Of a stretch of DNA of 64,000 nt, positions 1 through 12,079 are shown piece by piece. Under the pieces are notes generated by a model. The model did no database searches. It was not told where the DNA came from and worked only from the letters and a program-made list of their open reading frames with translations. Origin of the DNA: the human T2T-CHM13v2.0 reference genome, Homo sapiens; NCBI RefSeq assembly GCF_009914755.1, contig NC_060945.1; one strand, 5' to 3'. Within the stretch, counting starts at the first letter, position 1. Each line of letters starts with the position of its first letter. A program made the translations under genes and the position numbers.

Positions 1-570
1 TCTGCTTTTACTTCTCCTGATTTTCCTTTGTCTACTCTTTTTTTTTTTCTTTTTCCTTCCCCATTAAGGAACGAGGATTTTCAAGCTTTGCTTCCTTATC
101 AAGCTAAAAGTCCAAAGAATCAGACCTTTTGGTTTCCCTTTTCCATTTCAAGATATGATGAGGTCAAGTAGATTTGTAAGGTAGCAGAGGTGCTCTGTTA
201 CTCAATCATGGCTCCAAGAACAGGAATGTGGAAGAAAAAAAAAAGGAAGTAATAAGGCCTCTCCCTGTTCCAACCCCTTTAAAATGTAGATTTAAGAAAA
301 GGTGCTAGGGAGTCAAGCAGGAGGAACTAAAAGAGCTTTTTCATTTAAAACACTGAGCTCAGAGCTTGAAGAGAATTTAGAGACCTTCTAGCTGCAAACC
401 AATCTGATCTCTCTAAATTTAAGCACATCCCTTCCTGGGCTCAAGAAAACATTGTCCACAAGAGCACCTACCCTGAGGACAAGTCTTGGATAGGGATCAA
501 TAAGATACTCCAAATCAAACTTGCCCTAATGAGCTTTATCTATTAAAAAAAAAAAGACCAAACAATGGAA

Positions 571-638
571 GGCAGCATAGCATGGTGGTTAAGAGCACAG
601 ACCCAAGACGTCATGGATTTGAATCCTGGCTCTACCAG
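571..638 (+). mobile_element. MIR SINE, 5' part (interrupted by MLT1C)
   Basis: ggcagcatagcatggtggttaagagcacag...gaatcctggctctacca matches the MIR 5' consensus; the element resumes at ~1099. Confidence 0.75.
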
Positions 639-1098
639 TGTTATGGGTTGAATGTGTTCTCACCCTCCAAAATCCACATGTTGAAGTCCTAATCCCTAGC
701 ACCTCAGAATGTGACATTATTTGGAGATAGGGTCTTTACAGAAGGTAATCAAATAAAAATGAGGTGATTAGGGTGGGCCCTAATGCAATATAACTGGTGT
801 TCTTATATAAAAGAAGGAATCTGGACACATAAACAAGCACACAGGGAGACTGCCCTGTGATGATAAAGACTGAGATTGGGGTGATGTGTCTAAAAGCCAA
901 GGAATGCGAAAGACTGCAGCAACTCCCAGAAGCTGGGGGAGAGCCAGGAACAGATCCTCCCTCACAGCCTCAGCAGGAACCACACCTGCTGACCCCTTGA
1001 TCTTGGACTTCTGGCCTCCAGAGCTGTGAGAGAATAAATTTCTGTTGTTTAAAGCACCTAGTCTGTGCTACTTTGGGCAGCCCTGGCGAGGTCACGCA
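639..1098 (+). mobile_element. MaLR solo LTR, MLT1C-like
   Basis: Starts tgttatgggttgaat; contains gaagtcctaatccc, cctcagaatgtgac, ggacttctggcctccagagctgtgagagaataaatttctgttgttt; ~460 bp. Confidence 0.85.
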
Positions 1099-1264
1099 GC
1101 CACTCACCATCTATCTGTGTGACTCTGGCATGGCTTCTCCTTGCCCTGTCTGTAACATGTAGATGACAATAAATGTCTAAGTCAGAGGGTCGTTAGGAAC
1201 ACTAATTAAATAAATTAACATATGCAAGTGTTTCAAATAGAAGTTGACGCAAAGAAAGAGGTAT
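1099..1264 (+). mobile_element. MIR SINE, 3' continuation
   Basis: gccactcac...ctgtgtgac...tctgtaacatg...attaaataaattaacatatgcaagtg resembles a degenerate MIR core and 3' region. Confidence 0.6.
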
Positions 1265-1269
1265 ATGAA

Positions 1270-1651
1270 TGTATTAGTCCGTTCTCACGCTGCTATAAGG
1301 GCATACCAGAGACTGGGTAATTTACAAAGGAAAGAGGTTTAATTGACTCACAGTTCCGCAGGGCTGAGGAGGCCTCAGGAAACTTACAATCATGGCGGAA
1401 GGAGAAGCAAACATGTCCTTTTTAAAATGGCAGTAGCAAAGAGACGTGCAGAGCAAAAGGGGGAAAAGCCCCTTATAAAACCATCAGATCTCGCGAGAAC
1501 TCACTCACCATCACGAGAACAGCAACATGGAGATAACCGCCCCCATGATTCAATTACCTCCCACCAGGTCCTTCCCATGCATGACATGTGGGGATTATGG
1601 GAACTACAATTCAAGATGAGATGTGGTTGGGGACACAGACAAACCATATCA
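1270..1651 (-). mobile_element. MaLR solo LTR, THE1D-like
   Basis: tgtattagtccgttctcac ... aaaccatatca, 382 bp; perfect 5-bp TSD ATGAA (1265-1269 / 1652-1656). Confidence 0.92.
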
Positions 1652-2313
1652 ATGAATATTTCTTAAATAAAAAAAAATTAAAACCAACATCTGCATGAGT
1701 CATTATAGGTATTATTAGTGAATCTGCTTGACTCTTCAGTCAGTATGGTATTAGAGGGAAAATAAGAAATCCTTTGGAAAGCCAAAATGCCATTGCTTAT
1801 TCCAAGCACTGTCTACAAATTGTTATAATCAGAGCTATGTTGTTTTCTTTGTTTTTCTTTAAATCGTTTGGATCTGGCAGTGCCCAGGCCTTTAGGTTTC
1901 TAATAAATTATTAATCTAAGAGTTAATAATTCAAGTTAATTGGTGGTATAAGCCACTTTCTCTGGCAAATGTGAGCAAAGGTCACAACTTTTTAACAGCA
2001 AGGGTGAAACCTTTTCTGAGGTTTTTTCCCTCCCCCATGGTCTATCATGGAAATATTAAGATATGAAAGAAAAATTTTAACCAGAGCTGGGAAAGCAAGA
2101 TAATTCCAAGGATAAAAGTGTAGACTGTCAGCCATACTTCCTGGCCAAGCACTGTCTCCATAGCCCTGCTGGAGGAAAAGGAGGTCTCCAGGGAATTCAG
2201 GGGACTCCAGCCCCACAGGAGCCCACCCAAGAAGGACACAGCCATGCAGGTTTGTAAACCTTTGACAAGACAACTTATAATCATTAAACATGTTGACTCA
2301 TTGATCAAAAAAG

Positions 2314-2348
2314 TTTTGGTTTTTTGTTTTTGTTTTTGTTTTTGTTTT
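2314..2348. repeat. (TTTTTG)n simple repeat
   Basis: Seen directly. Confidence 0.85.
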
Positions 2349-4166
2349 CAGAAAATAAAAGAAGGCATTTAAGAGATTAGCTCACCAATGGGATTTTTCA
2401 CAAAGAATGATAATTTTCCTAAATTACAAGGCACAGGCTTAAGAATAGAGAACATCCATTCATACTGGGTGACAGCCATAGAATGCTAAGCAAACCCCTT
2501 CCACCACTGACTTCTTTGATTTTAATTAATGTATATATGCTCTGCCTTTTTGTTTCCAGAAAGAATTTCAGGTAATTCCTGATTGCAGGCCGCAGAAGCC
2601 AAGAAATAAAAGACTTCTTACCCGAACTAATGTGACTTTACTTTCCAGCTCATGGATTTGCCCCTAGATCTGTGAAGCAGCCACAAGTGGCCTAGCTGTT
2701 CTGGGTGTTTTATACCTTTTTTGGCCTTAATGCTTATTTGCAAGGTTCATGTCAAGTTACAGGCTGATGTGATGAAATGACTTTTTCCCATTTGGAAAAT
2801 AAGATTATTCTTAGTAGCTTGTTTCAGTCTTGATTAAAAGATAGATGTAAAATATTCAAAGAATGATGTCTGAAGACTTAAAGATAAAATTTACATGGAA
2901 GCCACTAGTTTAAAGAGATTCAGTCAGCTCCTCCAGCTCTTGTTTTTCTAAAGAAAATTTGAATAGCATATGCTTTTCATTGTGCTCCTTTTCAGCCATT
3001 TACATATTGGGGAAATATATATTTGGCAACTGGTCCTATTTTTAGGAGTCCTTGAAACTTGCCCTTTGAAAATGTTTTCATTTTTGGCACATATGTGTGT
3101 CTTAAGCAGAATGAAAACACAAAGTAAAAAAGAAAAATATGTACAAAAAGGAATGATTTTTCCAGCCCTATGTAGCACAATAAGAAAGCAATCATTCAGT
3201 GGTGACTTTAAAAAATGGATTCTTGCCTGGATTTTCCAACGATTTCCTTCTAAGTGAGCGTTTCTCTGCAGAACTGAACTAATGTAAAGAGACAGTTTGT
3301 TCCAGTGCCAGAAATGAACCAGCAAAAAAAAGGACGGAGGCTCTATTTTCATAGGAGGAAGTTAACAAAATAATACCCACTCTGTTTCTCTGCAGCCTCT
3401 TGTGTCATTTCAGAAGAAAGTGCCATATGCCCATTGCGTGATTTGAAGCATGTATTCCCAGCCTGACTCTTGGTCACCACTCGTTCTGTTATTTGCAGTC
3501 AGTAACAAAGATTCATCCTTGTGTCCATCATGCAACAAGGAGAATCTTTGTCACTTAGTGTAATTAATAGCTGGACCTTGCAAAGGAAGGTGGGAGAAGG
3601 AAGCCGTTCATGCATAGACCTGGATAAATTCAGAACAGGCTTTGCGGATCTTTGCTGCCTTTTGACCAATTAAGGTGCCAGAGCCCCAGCAGAAGAGGAA
3701 ATATGGTAAACAAAGTGTTTTCTCTGGGGCTGTGTGTGTTATAATCCCAAGCTCTGTAACTGTGGTTCAGGAGAGCTCTCTAACTTTCCCTATCAAGCCA
3801 GATGACCATCGACTCCCCTCTACGTCTATGTCCTATTTCAGTGTATCCTTCCCACTTTCCTTCCACCACACTGTCTTCACCAGCCTCTAGATAGATACCA
3901 CTATAGGATAAAAATCAAAAAGAGAGGCCTTATGTTTGATGAGTGCCTCCCCTAGACTATGTGGTTAAATCACTCAGCAAGCTTTCAGAGAATGTGTAAT
4001 GGGCCCTGTTTTCAAAATGAGAGGACTGAAAAGAGGTTTAGAGAGGCCAGCGCTGAGGTTAGGCTCAGGGAACAGATAGAAATAGCCGATTCAGGACCAC
4101 ATCAAGGGCTCTCTAATGCCGGGATTCTTAGCTCACTTTTCCCTGTATTGTGATCTTTTCTTTCAC

Positions 4167-4299
4167 TTTTTTTTTTTTTAATAGAGATGGGGTCTTGTTA
4201 TATTTCCCAGGCTGGTCTTGAACTCCTGGCCTCAAGCAATACTCCTGTCTTGGCCTCCCAAAGTGCTGGGGTTGCAGGCGTGAGCCACTGTACCCAGCC
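4167..4299 (-). mobile_element. Free left Alu monomer (FLAM_C-like)
   Basis: polyT followed by agagatggggtcttg...ctcccaaagtgctgg...gagccactgtacccagcc; monomer length only. Confidence 0.85.
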
Positions 4300-5012
4300 T
4301 CCTTAACTTTCTGAACTCCTACTTATTTATTTTTGTGACCCTACTTCTTTATTCTTCCTCCTCCTGTACAAAAATGGCTGGATGGATTCCACTTGTCCCT
4401 GGACCTTTAAACTCCTGTCCTCCATACCTGAACAAATCCAATTTATCTCTCAAAGTTTCAGAGAGTTCCTAAATACTAATAGTTCCTCACCATCATCTCA
4501 CTTGCAATCCGTGCATTTCAGAGTTCCCTTCCCAGAGGCCATTTTTGCCTTTAATTAGCAAATGCATACTATTCTAGGATCCATGAGATTTTTTTCCTTC
4601 TATTTCTGCCCAAGGAGAAAGCAAACACGTACTGCTGCATTTGCCATCCTAGGTCCATAATCTCTCTGATCTTTCTTCACCTTTAAAAATCTCACCTCAT
4701 ATATCTTTTCTTAGGCTCATCCCTCAAATATTCAGGTTATTTCCCCCAGGCTTCCTCTCACCTCTCTCCTTGTGGCTACACTGGCTAGGAGTGTCCAGCC
4801 TCATTCAAGAGGGGGTCGGATCTCCTTTCCCTGCCCTGTTGCTTTCCACGGTGGAACCAGCATCCTCCCTGACTCCCTGCCCCTCCTCAGGAACCACAAC
4901 TCCCTGTCGCCCTCCTCTGAACAGGATTGTTCTCCATCCATCCTCCTCCCTGCTCAGACCTCCATCCATAGCACTGTTTCTAAACCTCCAGCTCCCTCTC
5001 CCTTATCCCATC

Positions 5013-5380
5013 TGTGTTAGCCTGTTTTCACACTGCTGATAAAGACATACCTGAAACTGGGCAATTTACAAAAGAAAGATGTTTAATTGGACTCACAGTT
5101 CCACGTGACTGGGGAGGCCTCACAATCATGATGGAAGGCAAAGAGGAGCAAGACACATCTTACACGGATGGCAGCAGGCAAAGAGAGAGCTTGTGCAGAG
5201 AAACTTGTTTTTAAAACCATCAGACCTTGTAAGACTCATTCACTGTCATGAGAACAGCACAGGAAAGATCGGCCCCCTTAATACAATCACCTCCCACTGG
5301 GGTCCTCCCATGACGTGTGGGAATTGTGAGAGTTACAATTCAAGATGAGATTTGGGTGGGGACACAGCCAAACCATAGCA
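5013..5380 (-). mobile_element. MaLR solo LTR, THE1B-like
   Basis: tgtgttagcctgttttcacactgctgataaagacatacc ... aaccatagca, 368 bp; TSD CCATC (5008-5012 / 5381-5385). Confidence 0.92.
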
Positions 5381-5684
5381 CCATCTTTTCAAGGATCCTT
5401 TTCCACACATCTCACAGGGTCTGCTCCTGTCCTAGCTGGCTGAACAGTCATCCTAGGCTTCCAAAGTATTGCCAGTCAATGTTCATAGCTCTCTTTATCC
5501 AATTTGGGAACTCATCACTGCCTCTGAAACCCAGCTGCTTCATGATAGGCTGCAGCAATAACAATTTTGGAGGCCCAGCCCCTCCATGAGTTTGTTCTGA
5601 TTTGGGGTGTGCCCATTTGTGCTCTACCTAAGCTCCTGAGGTTAGGGACTCCTGTTAGTCTTAGTGACTCTATGTGTATAATAA

Positions 5685-6020
<336 letters not shown>

Positions 6021-6459
6021 TAAATTCTAATTCTTTAGATATGTAGAAAGCATAGTCATTCCTTCCAAGTCCATAAAAGTGCCTTGCCCACAACATGTGT
6101 GTTATTTTTCAATCCAAGGCACTCTGCTGAAAGTTCAGACCAGCATGGCAAGCTGCGCAAGCACAATTTAAATTCCTACCACACCACACCATTTTGGCTG
6201 ATGTGTTCCTAAGTATTTAAGTCACTGAACATTCCCTTCTTCCCCCCCCCAACCCCTCTCACATGACACCACCAATTTTGCCTTAAGGGAAACCTAAATG
6301 CAGATTCCTGTGACCTGGAGTGGACAAGATAGAGAGTTAGTTCCTGCTGTGATCCTACTATCTTCCATCTGTAGAATCTACCAGAAAGTAAGCTAAAACT
6401 TAGGAGCAATGGGAAATGAAGCAAGGTTGCCCTTAAGCCCATTTGTCTGCCAAGACCTC

Positions 6460-7240
6460 TCTGCAAGTCCTAGACTGAATTGCCTTCCAGATGTCCACCA
6501 AGATAAAAAATGTCACTACTTCAGGCCAATTTCTTTGCTTCCTCCCCACATGTGAAACCAGACAGAGACCTGGGAGTTATCCTGGACTCCTTCCCTTAAA
6601 TGATCCCTCCCGCACAGTCCAAGTCCTGTCCATCTCTTGCTGAACAGATCACCTAAAGTCACCTGAGCCTGTCCTCTGCTCTCTATCCCCATCACATCGT
6701 CTTCAGTATAGAATTAGGAATGGGATTGCAGTCCCTTCACTGCCTTTTACCTGCACCCTAGGAGTATCTACCCTTCACCAACTCTCTGTTGCTTACACCA
6801 TCAACTTGTGGAGAGCTCCAGGCCTGAGAGATGGATGTGGGGGTGACTGGAAGCTCAGTTCTCACTCAGCCCCTTTGTCACTCACACTCTGCCTCAGCAT
6901 TCACAGCTTAACAAAGACCAATGCAGCCTTCCGGTAGACCCATAAATGGAAGCTATCAGGACCATGGTAGAAGCTGATTCACATTCCATAGGGGCATGCA
7001 AGGTTTTCCAAGACCCAGCCTCCTCTGAGTTTTAATTTGTAGAAATACTGGACTGCCTGTAGTTCCCCAAACTCACCAGCCTTTGCACGTGTGCTCCCAG
7101 CACAAAGCTGCTTCCCACATCCCCTCAGCTCCATACAACCCCTCCGCATTACTCATAGAGGAAAATCTATTTACACATTTTGCTTGCTCAGATGCAACAG
7201 CCCCTAGGATGGCCTTCTGACTTCAACTACCTCCTCCTTA
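6460..7240 (+). mobile_element. L2 LINE fragments (degenerate)
   Basis: cctgggagttatcctggactcc, ccaagtcctgtc, gcctttgcac-type L2 3' motifs; boundaries approximate. Confidence 0.5.
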
Positions 7241-7470
7241 TCCCTGTCTTAGTCTGCTCTGGCTGCCATAGCAAATACTACAGACCCAATCGCTTAAACA
7301 TCAGAGATTTATCTTCTCACAGTTCTGGAGGTCAGAAGTCTAAGAGCAGGTTCCTGGTAATGGCTCTCTTTCTGGCTTGTAAATGGCAAGTCCTCACCAT
7401 GTCTTCACGTAACCTTTCCTCAGGGCCTGCCCACACAGACAGAGGGAGATCTCTGGTGTATCTTTCTCTT

Positions 7471-7940
7471 GTTTTTTTAACTGGTGACCAATTTATTAAA
7501 ATAGTTGACTTAAGTATCTGCAATGGTGGCTTCAACCTCAAGTCCTCGCTCAATACTGATGGAAGTCATCCGCTCAACAATCTCAGAAGGGCTGTGCGAG
7601 TCAATGAGTGGCTTGTGGATTTTCATCTGGAAATGATCCCATGTCTTAGAACCTTCACCTCAAGGAGTTTTTCTTGTAGTAATTCTCAAAAGTCTTGGTA
7701 GGCATTCTAACTGGTCCTTTCACTTCGAGATTCTTTTCCTTTGCTCCTCTGTTCAAGTCAGCACACATTTCTCCAGAGATTTTATGTGGCAGCTCATTAG
7801 CGTGATTCGAATTCAGCAAATCACCACCTCCAGCTCCATGGGTGTTTTTCTGGGATCTTTAAAAGCCATGGCTGCAGTGCAGCTTCTTGACCGACTTGTT
7901 CGTTGGCGAGAGTGAACAGTGGTGAATCAGGAGCAAAAAG
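7471..7940 (-). pseudogene. RPS20: Processed pseudogene of 40S ribosomal protein S20 (uS10); CDS 7869->7510
   Basis: Reverse strand reads [22 protein letters not shown]...[10 protein letters not shown]...[55 protein letters not shown], matching RPS20. Intronless, with a 5'UTR remnant, AATAAA (tttatt 7492-7497) and a short polyA. Two in-frame stops (the first at 7813-7815) plus a -1 and a +1 frameshift. The specific RPS20P number cannot be assigned. Confidence 0.96.
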
Positions 7941-7945
7941 CTATT

Positions 7946-8265
7946 CTTTTTTTTTTCCCATAGGTTACATGACTAAGTTATTTAGTGGTGATTTGTGAGA
8001 TTTTGATACACCCATCACCCAAGCAGTATACACTGCACTCAGTTTGTAGTTTTTTATCCCTCACCCCCTTCCCACCCTTTCCCCCGAGTCCTCAAAGTCC
8101 ACTGTGTCATTCTCATGCCTCTGCATCCTCATAACTCAGCTCCCACTTATGAGTGAGACCATATGATGTTTGGTTTTCTGCTCCTGAGTTACTTCACTTT
8201 TAGTCTCTAATCTCACCCAGGTTGCAGCAAATGCCACTAATTCATTCCTTTTTATGGCTGAGTAA
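7946..8265 (-). mobile_element. L1 3' end fragment, L1PB-like
   Basis: polyT followed by ccataggttac...tttagtggtgatttgtgagatttt...cacccatcacccaagcagtatacactgcac...tcattcctttttatggctgagt; short TSD tattcttt. Confidence 0.88.
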
Positions 8266-10013
8266 TATTCTTTCCTCTTTGAAGGCCGCCAATCCTATCA
8301 GAGTAGGACCCCACCCTTATGACTGCATTAAACCTTAACCTCCTAAAAGCCCTACATCCAAACACAGTAATTCACAGCTTCAACACAGGAATTCTGAAGA
8401 ACACAATTTGGTCCATAGCAACCCATACCCCAATTCCCTGATAGAAAACACATTACCTACATACAGAAGAAAAATGACTTTCCTTGAGTACTCTACAAAT
8501 TAGTTTGTTTAGTGTTTTATTATAAAAGTTATTATTTGCAATCTATCTTACTATAATTGCACTATGTTCCATTATTATTTTTTGATAAGTAGAAATGCAA
8601 TATGTTTGCAAGTATGTGTTTTAATTCGTAACTTATGAAACTAGTAATAGCTGGCTGTTTTTTACCTAAATATGTCCATTTTATAGAGTTAAATCTAATA
8701 TAGATGTGTAATTTATCTTTATACATTGATCAACCAGATAAACTTGTAAATTAAATTTTATTTGCTATGTGCATTATTCGTTCCACAAAATTCTAACGAA
8801 AAAGGTTAAAAACAACCCACATGATTATGTAAACATCAAACTTTATTTTATGAAACTACAGAAGTTTAACTGAAGTTTCACTGTTGCCATCAATCTGTGA
8901 GTCCCAGCAGGAAAAGGAATTGATGGGCTGATAAGGGTCCACTTCACCTGCTTTTGAAGGAACCACACCTCTTCTCTTTCATGAATTATTAAAATCGAGA
9001 TACAAAAGTTGCCATTCTGGAAATGGATGGATGCTGTTAGCTGTCATGTGACAAGTGAGGTTTTATTTATTTTTAGCTCACAGTTCCCTCTCACATACAT
9101 ACTGAGAGACTGAAAAAAATGCTGGGGATCATTAAACATGACTGGTTTTATGGTATCTAACTACATCTTCAACGTTTACTAAGACTAAAATTTAATCTTT
9201 AATCTCAATTATATTACACATCATGAATAATGTGGACCTGAATTCCAGCTCCTGATTTCTTATGAAGTCAGTCTACAAAATAATCAAATTAATTTATACA
9301 AGTTACCCAGGAAAAACGGTTTGCTGACTATGGTTACATCTCACTTGCTTAACTTATTCAATGTTAAGCTTAATTTCCACAAGAGGTTGGAGCTACTAAG
9401 AGTTGTTTGTTAAGAAGCTGCGAAAAGAGCATACTTAGGTGTTTCCACACCAAACCAGACTGTGAGCCCCAGAAATGGACATGAGAGGCCTTACAAGACC
9501 TTCTTCTCCTTTACAGCCATTTCCTAAAGCAAATATTCAAAGTCTGCATTACCCATGAGTTGAACCATCCTATGCATACAAAATGGCCACTCAGAAGGAT
9601 TACGTAAAAGCTGCCATTCCTTTCTAATAGAAATGAGTTTGTGCACTGAAAGTCAGCAGTTCATCCACATTATATCCCAGAGGACTAATTTCTGCAGCTA
9701 GAGAACTGGAAAACCTCAGCATTTTTCAGGGAGAACAGAAACGTTATCCTATAGCTCTCCCTGCACCATCCTACCCTCCTCCTTGCCCACAGCCACTGAC
9801 GAGTCAGTGATAAAAGACTCCATCTTCACCTCAACTTGGATTTCATTTTTACTCTCCACTCCCTTAGACTTGAGGTTCTAGAACATTCCTTGCTTTTCAG
9901 ACTACCTTCAACTTGATCCGAGATTCAAACACCAGTTTCCCTGGTGTTTTTCTTTCTTATTCTCAGAAACATATTCTCTGCTAGACCACATAACCATTAA
10001 CTCCACACATCCT

Positions 10014-10134
10014 AAATTCTCTTACAAAAAAGAAAAAAAAGAGAGACAGGGTCTCTGTTGCCCAGGCTGGACTTGAACCCAAGGCCCAAGCGATCATTCC
10101 ACCTAAGCTTCCCAAGTAGCTGGAACTATAGGTG
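10014..10134 (-). mobile_element. Free left Alu monomer (FLAM_A-like)
   Basis: gagacagggtctctgttgcccaggctgg...cccaagtagctggaactatagg; TSD actccacacat(c/t)ct (10000-10013 / 10135-10148). Confidence 0.8.
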
Positions 10135-10773
10135 ACTCCACACATTCTGAAGAGGAAGCTAGCATCCTCCCTACACAGCCCATTTTTGGTCCTATTATAG
10201 TTCTACCTTTTTTATAAATGATAAACTGATAACGGCTTCAAGAAACAAGTAAACTTTGAAAGATTGCAAAGGAACCCTTCCCTTAACCCTCCTCCATCTC
10301 CCCTCCATAATTCACCTTATTTTCCAGAGCCTGCTCTCCTCAACTACCTCATTCCAATTTACTATATGTTGGCTTCTGAAGAAAGCCAACGTTTGGAAGC
10401 CAATGTGTGGTAAATTGCTCATTGCTAACTGAGGTGTATTTAAGTTTGCATAGTGACTATTATGAGCAGTATTTCATACATTCTTAGCAGTCAGAGAAGC
10501 CTTCCTGCGAACGACCACCACTCTTCTACCTCTTTTTCCCCTCCTCTCCCACCCATGCACACATCCCTTTCTGTTTATGGAATTCATAAAAACATGTAGC
10601 AAGCTGAATCTAAAAAGTCCCTGGTCCCTTCTAAAGAAGTCTGTTATAAAGAGTGGAAGAAACAGCCAAAGAAGCTATTGCCAATGAAAAGAGAGACCTC
10701 GAACCTTAATATTGTTTCCCATGTCTTTGCTCAACACTTTGGAAGAGATTTTATGGGTTTTGTTTTTCCAGTA

Positions 10774-11293
10774 CAGTTGACTCTTGCACAATATGGGTAT
10801 GAACTATGCAGGTTCATTTATACAGACTCTTTTTCAGTAAAAGTTACACTGAACATGCCTCCTCTCCTGACCTCCCTTCCACCTCCTCCATCTCTGCTGC
10901 CTCTGCCCCTCTTGAGACAGCAAGGCCAACCCCTCCACTTCCTCCTCCTTATCAGCCTACTCGACATGAACATGATGAAGATGAAGACCTTTATGATGAT
11001 CCACTTCCACTCAATGAATAGTAAATGTATTTCATCCACCTTTTTCTTAATAACATTTTCTCTTCTCTAGCTTACTTTATTGTGAGAATGCAGTACATAA
11101 TATATATATATAACATACAAAATATGTGCTAATTGACTGTCTGTGTTATCAGCAAGGCTTCCAGCCAACAGTAGGCTATTGGTTAAGTTTTTGAGGAGCA
11201 GGCTATTGGTGAAGTTATACATGGATTTTCAACTGCATTGGTGGAGGAGGGGGGTCAGCATCCCTAATCACCACATTGTTCAAGGATCAACTA
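10774..11293 (+). mobile_element. Tigger2-family DNA transposon (Tigger2a/MER28-like)
   Basis: TIRs cagttgactcttgcacaa ... ttgttcaaggatcaacta flanked by TA; internal gatgaagatgaagacctttatgatgatccacttccac. Confidence 0.9.
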
Positions 11294-11712
11294 TAATTTC
11301 TTTGCTGTGCCCAAAATTTGAGAGGTACTTATAACTGCTGGTAGAATTTTTCCTGTGTAAAAATAGGTGGCATTTGTCTGAGAAAACCAAACCTGGGAAA
11401 GCACAGATTCAATCTGAATTCCAAAAGGGTGTGCTTTCCCATCTGTACACTAAAAGATTTCCCTGTAATTCCATTTGCTGGTGACTGCACATTTTTCAAA
11501 TTAAACTTGAGGAAGGAAGAGAACACTTGTCCTTGAGAAGTTTATAGCAACAGAAGCACCAGAATAGAAACTTTAGATAACTTAGAAAAATTAAACACCT
11601 CTAAACAGCACCCCAAAAAAGTTAGCCATTTTTAAGATATGAACATTTTATTTTTTCTTAATTAGAGCATTGAATATCATAAGTAGATCAAGTGTGTTTG
11701 CTCCTGTTATTA

Positions 11713-12042
<330 letters not shown>

Positions 12043-12079
12043 TTAGTGCTTGAAAGTGCTCTGCCCTTTAAAAAATATA

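Larger units (their letters stand above)
7245..8420 (-). mobile_element. MaLR solo LTR, MLT1A-like, split in two (7245-7470 and ~8270-8420) by the RPS20 retrocopy and L1
   Basis: tgtcttagtctgctctggctgccatagcaaatac...ctcacagttctggagg; resumes gaaggccgccaatcctatca...ccatagca. Confidence 0.85.

Noticed and set aside
2948-3352. 134-aa minus ORF and overlapping ORFs
   Set aside because: AT-rich chance ORFs with no recognisable domain or exon structure
7180-7701. Longest ORF (173 aa, +)
   Set aside because: Chance read-through of L2, MLT1A and the antisense strand of the RPS20 pseudogene; TTG start; no protein-like character
10806-11021. Pro/acidic-rich ORF ending HDEDEDLYDDPLPLNE
   Set aside because: C-terminal remnant of the Tigger2 transposase in a non-autonomous copy, not a gene
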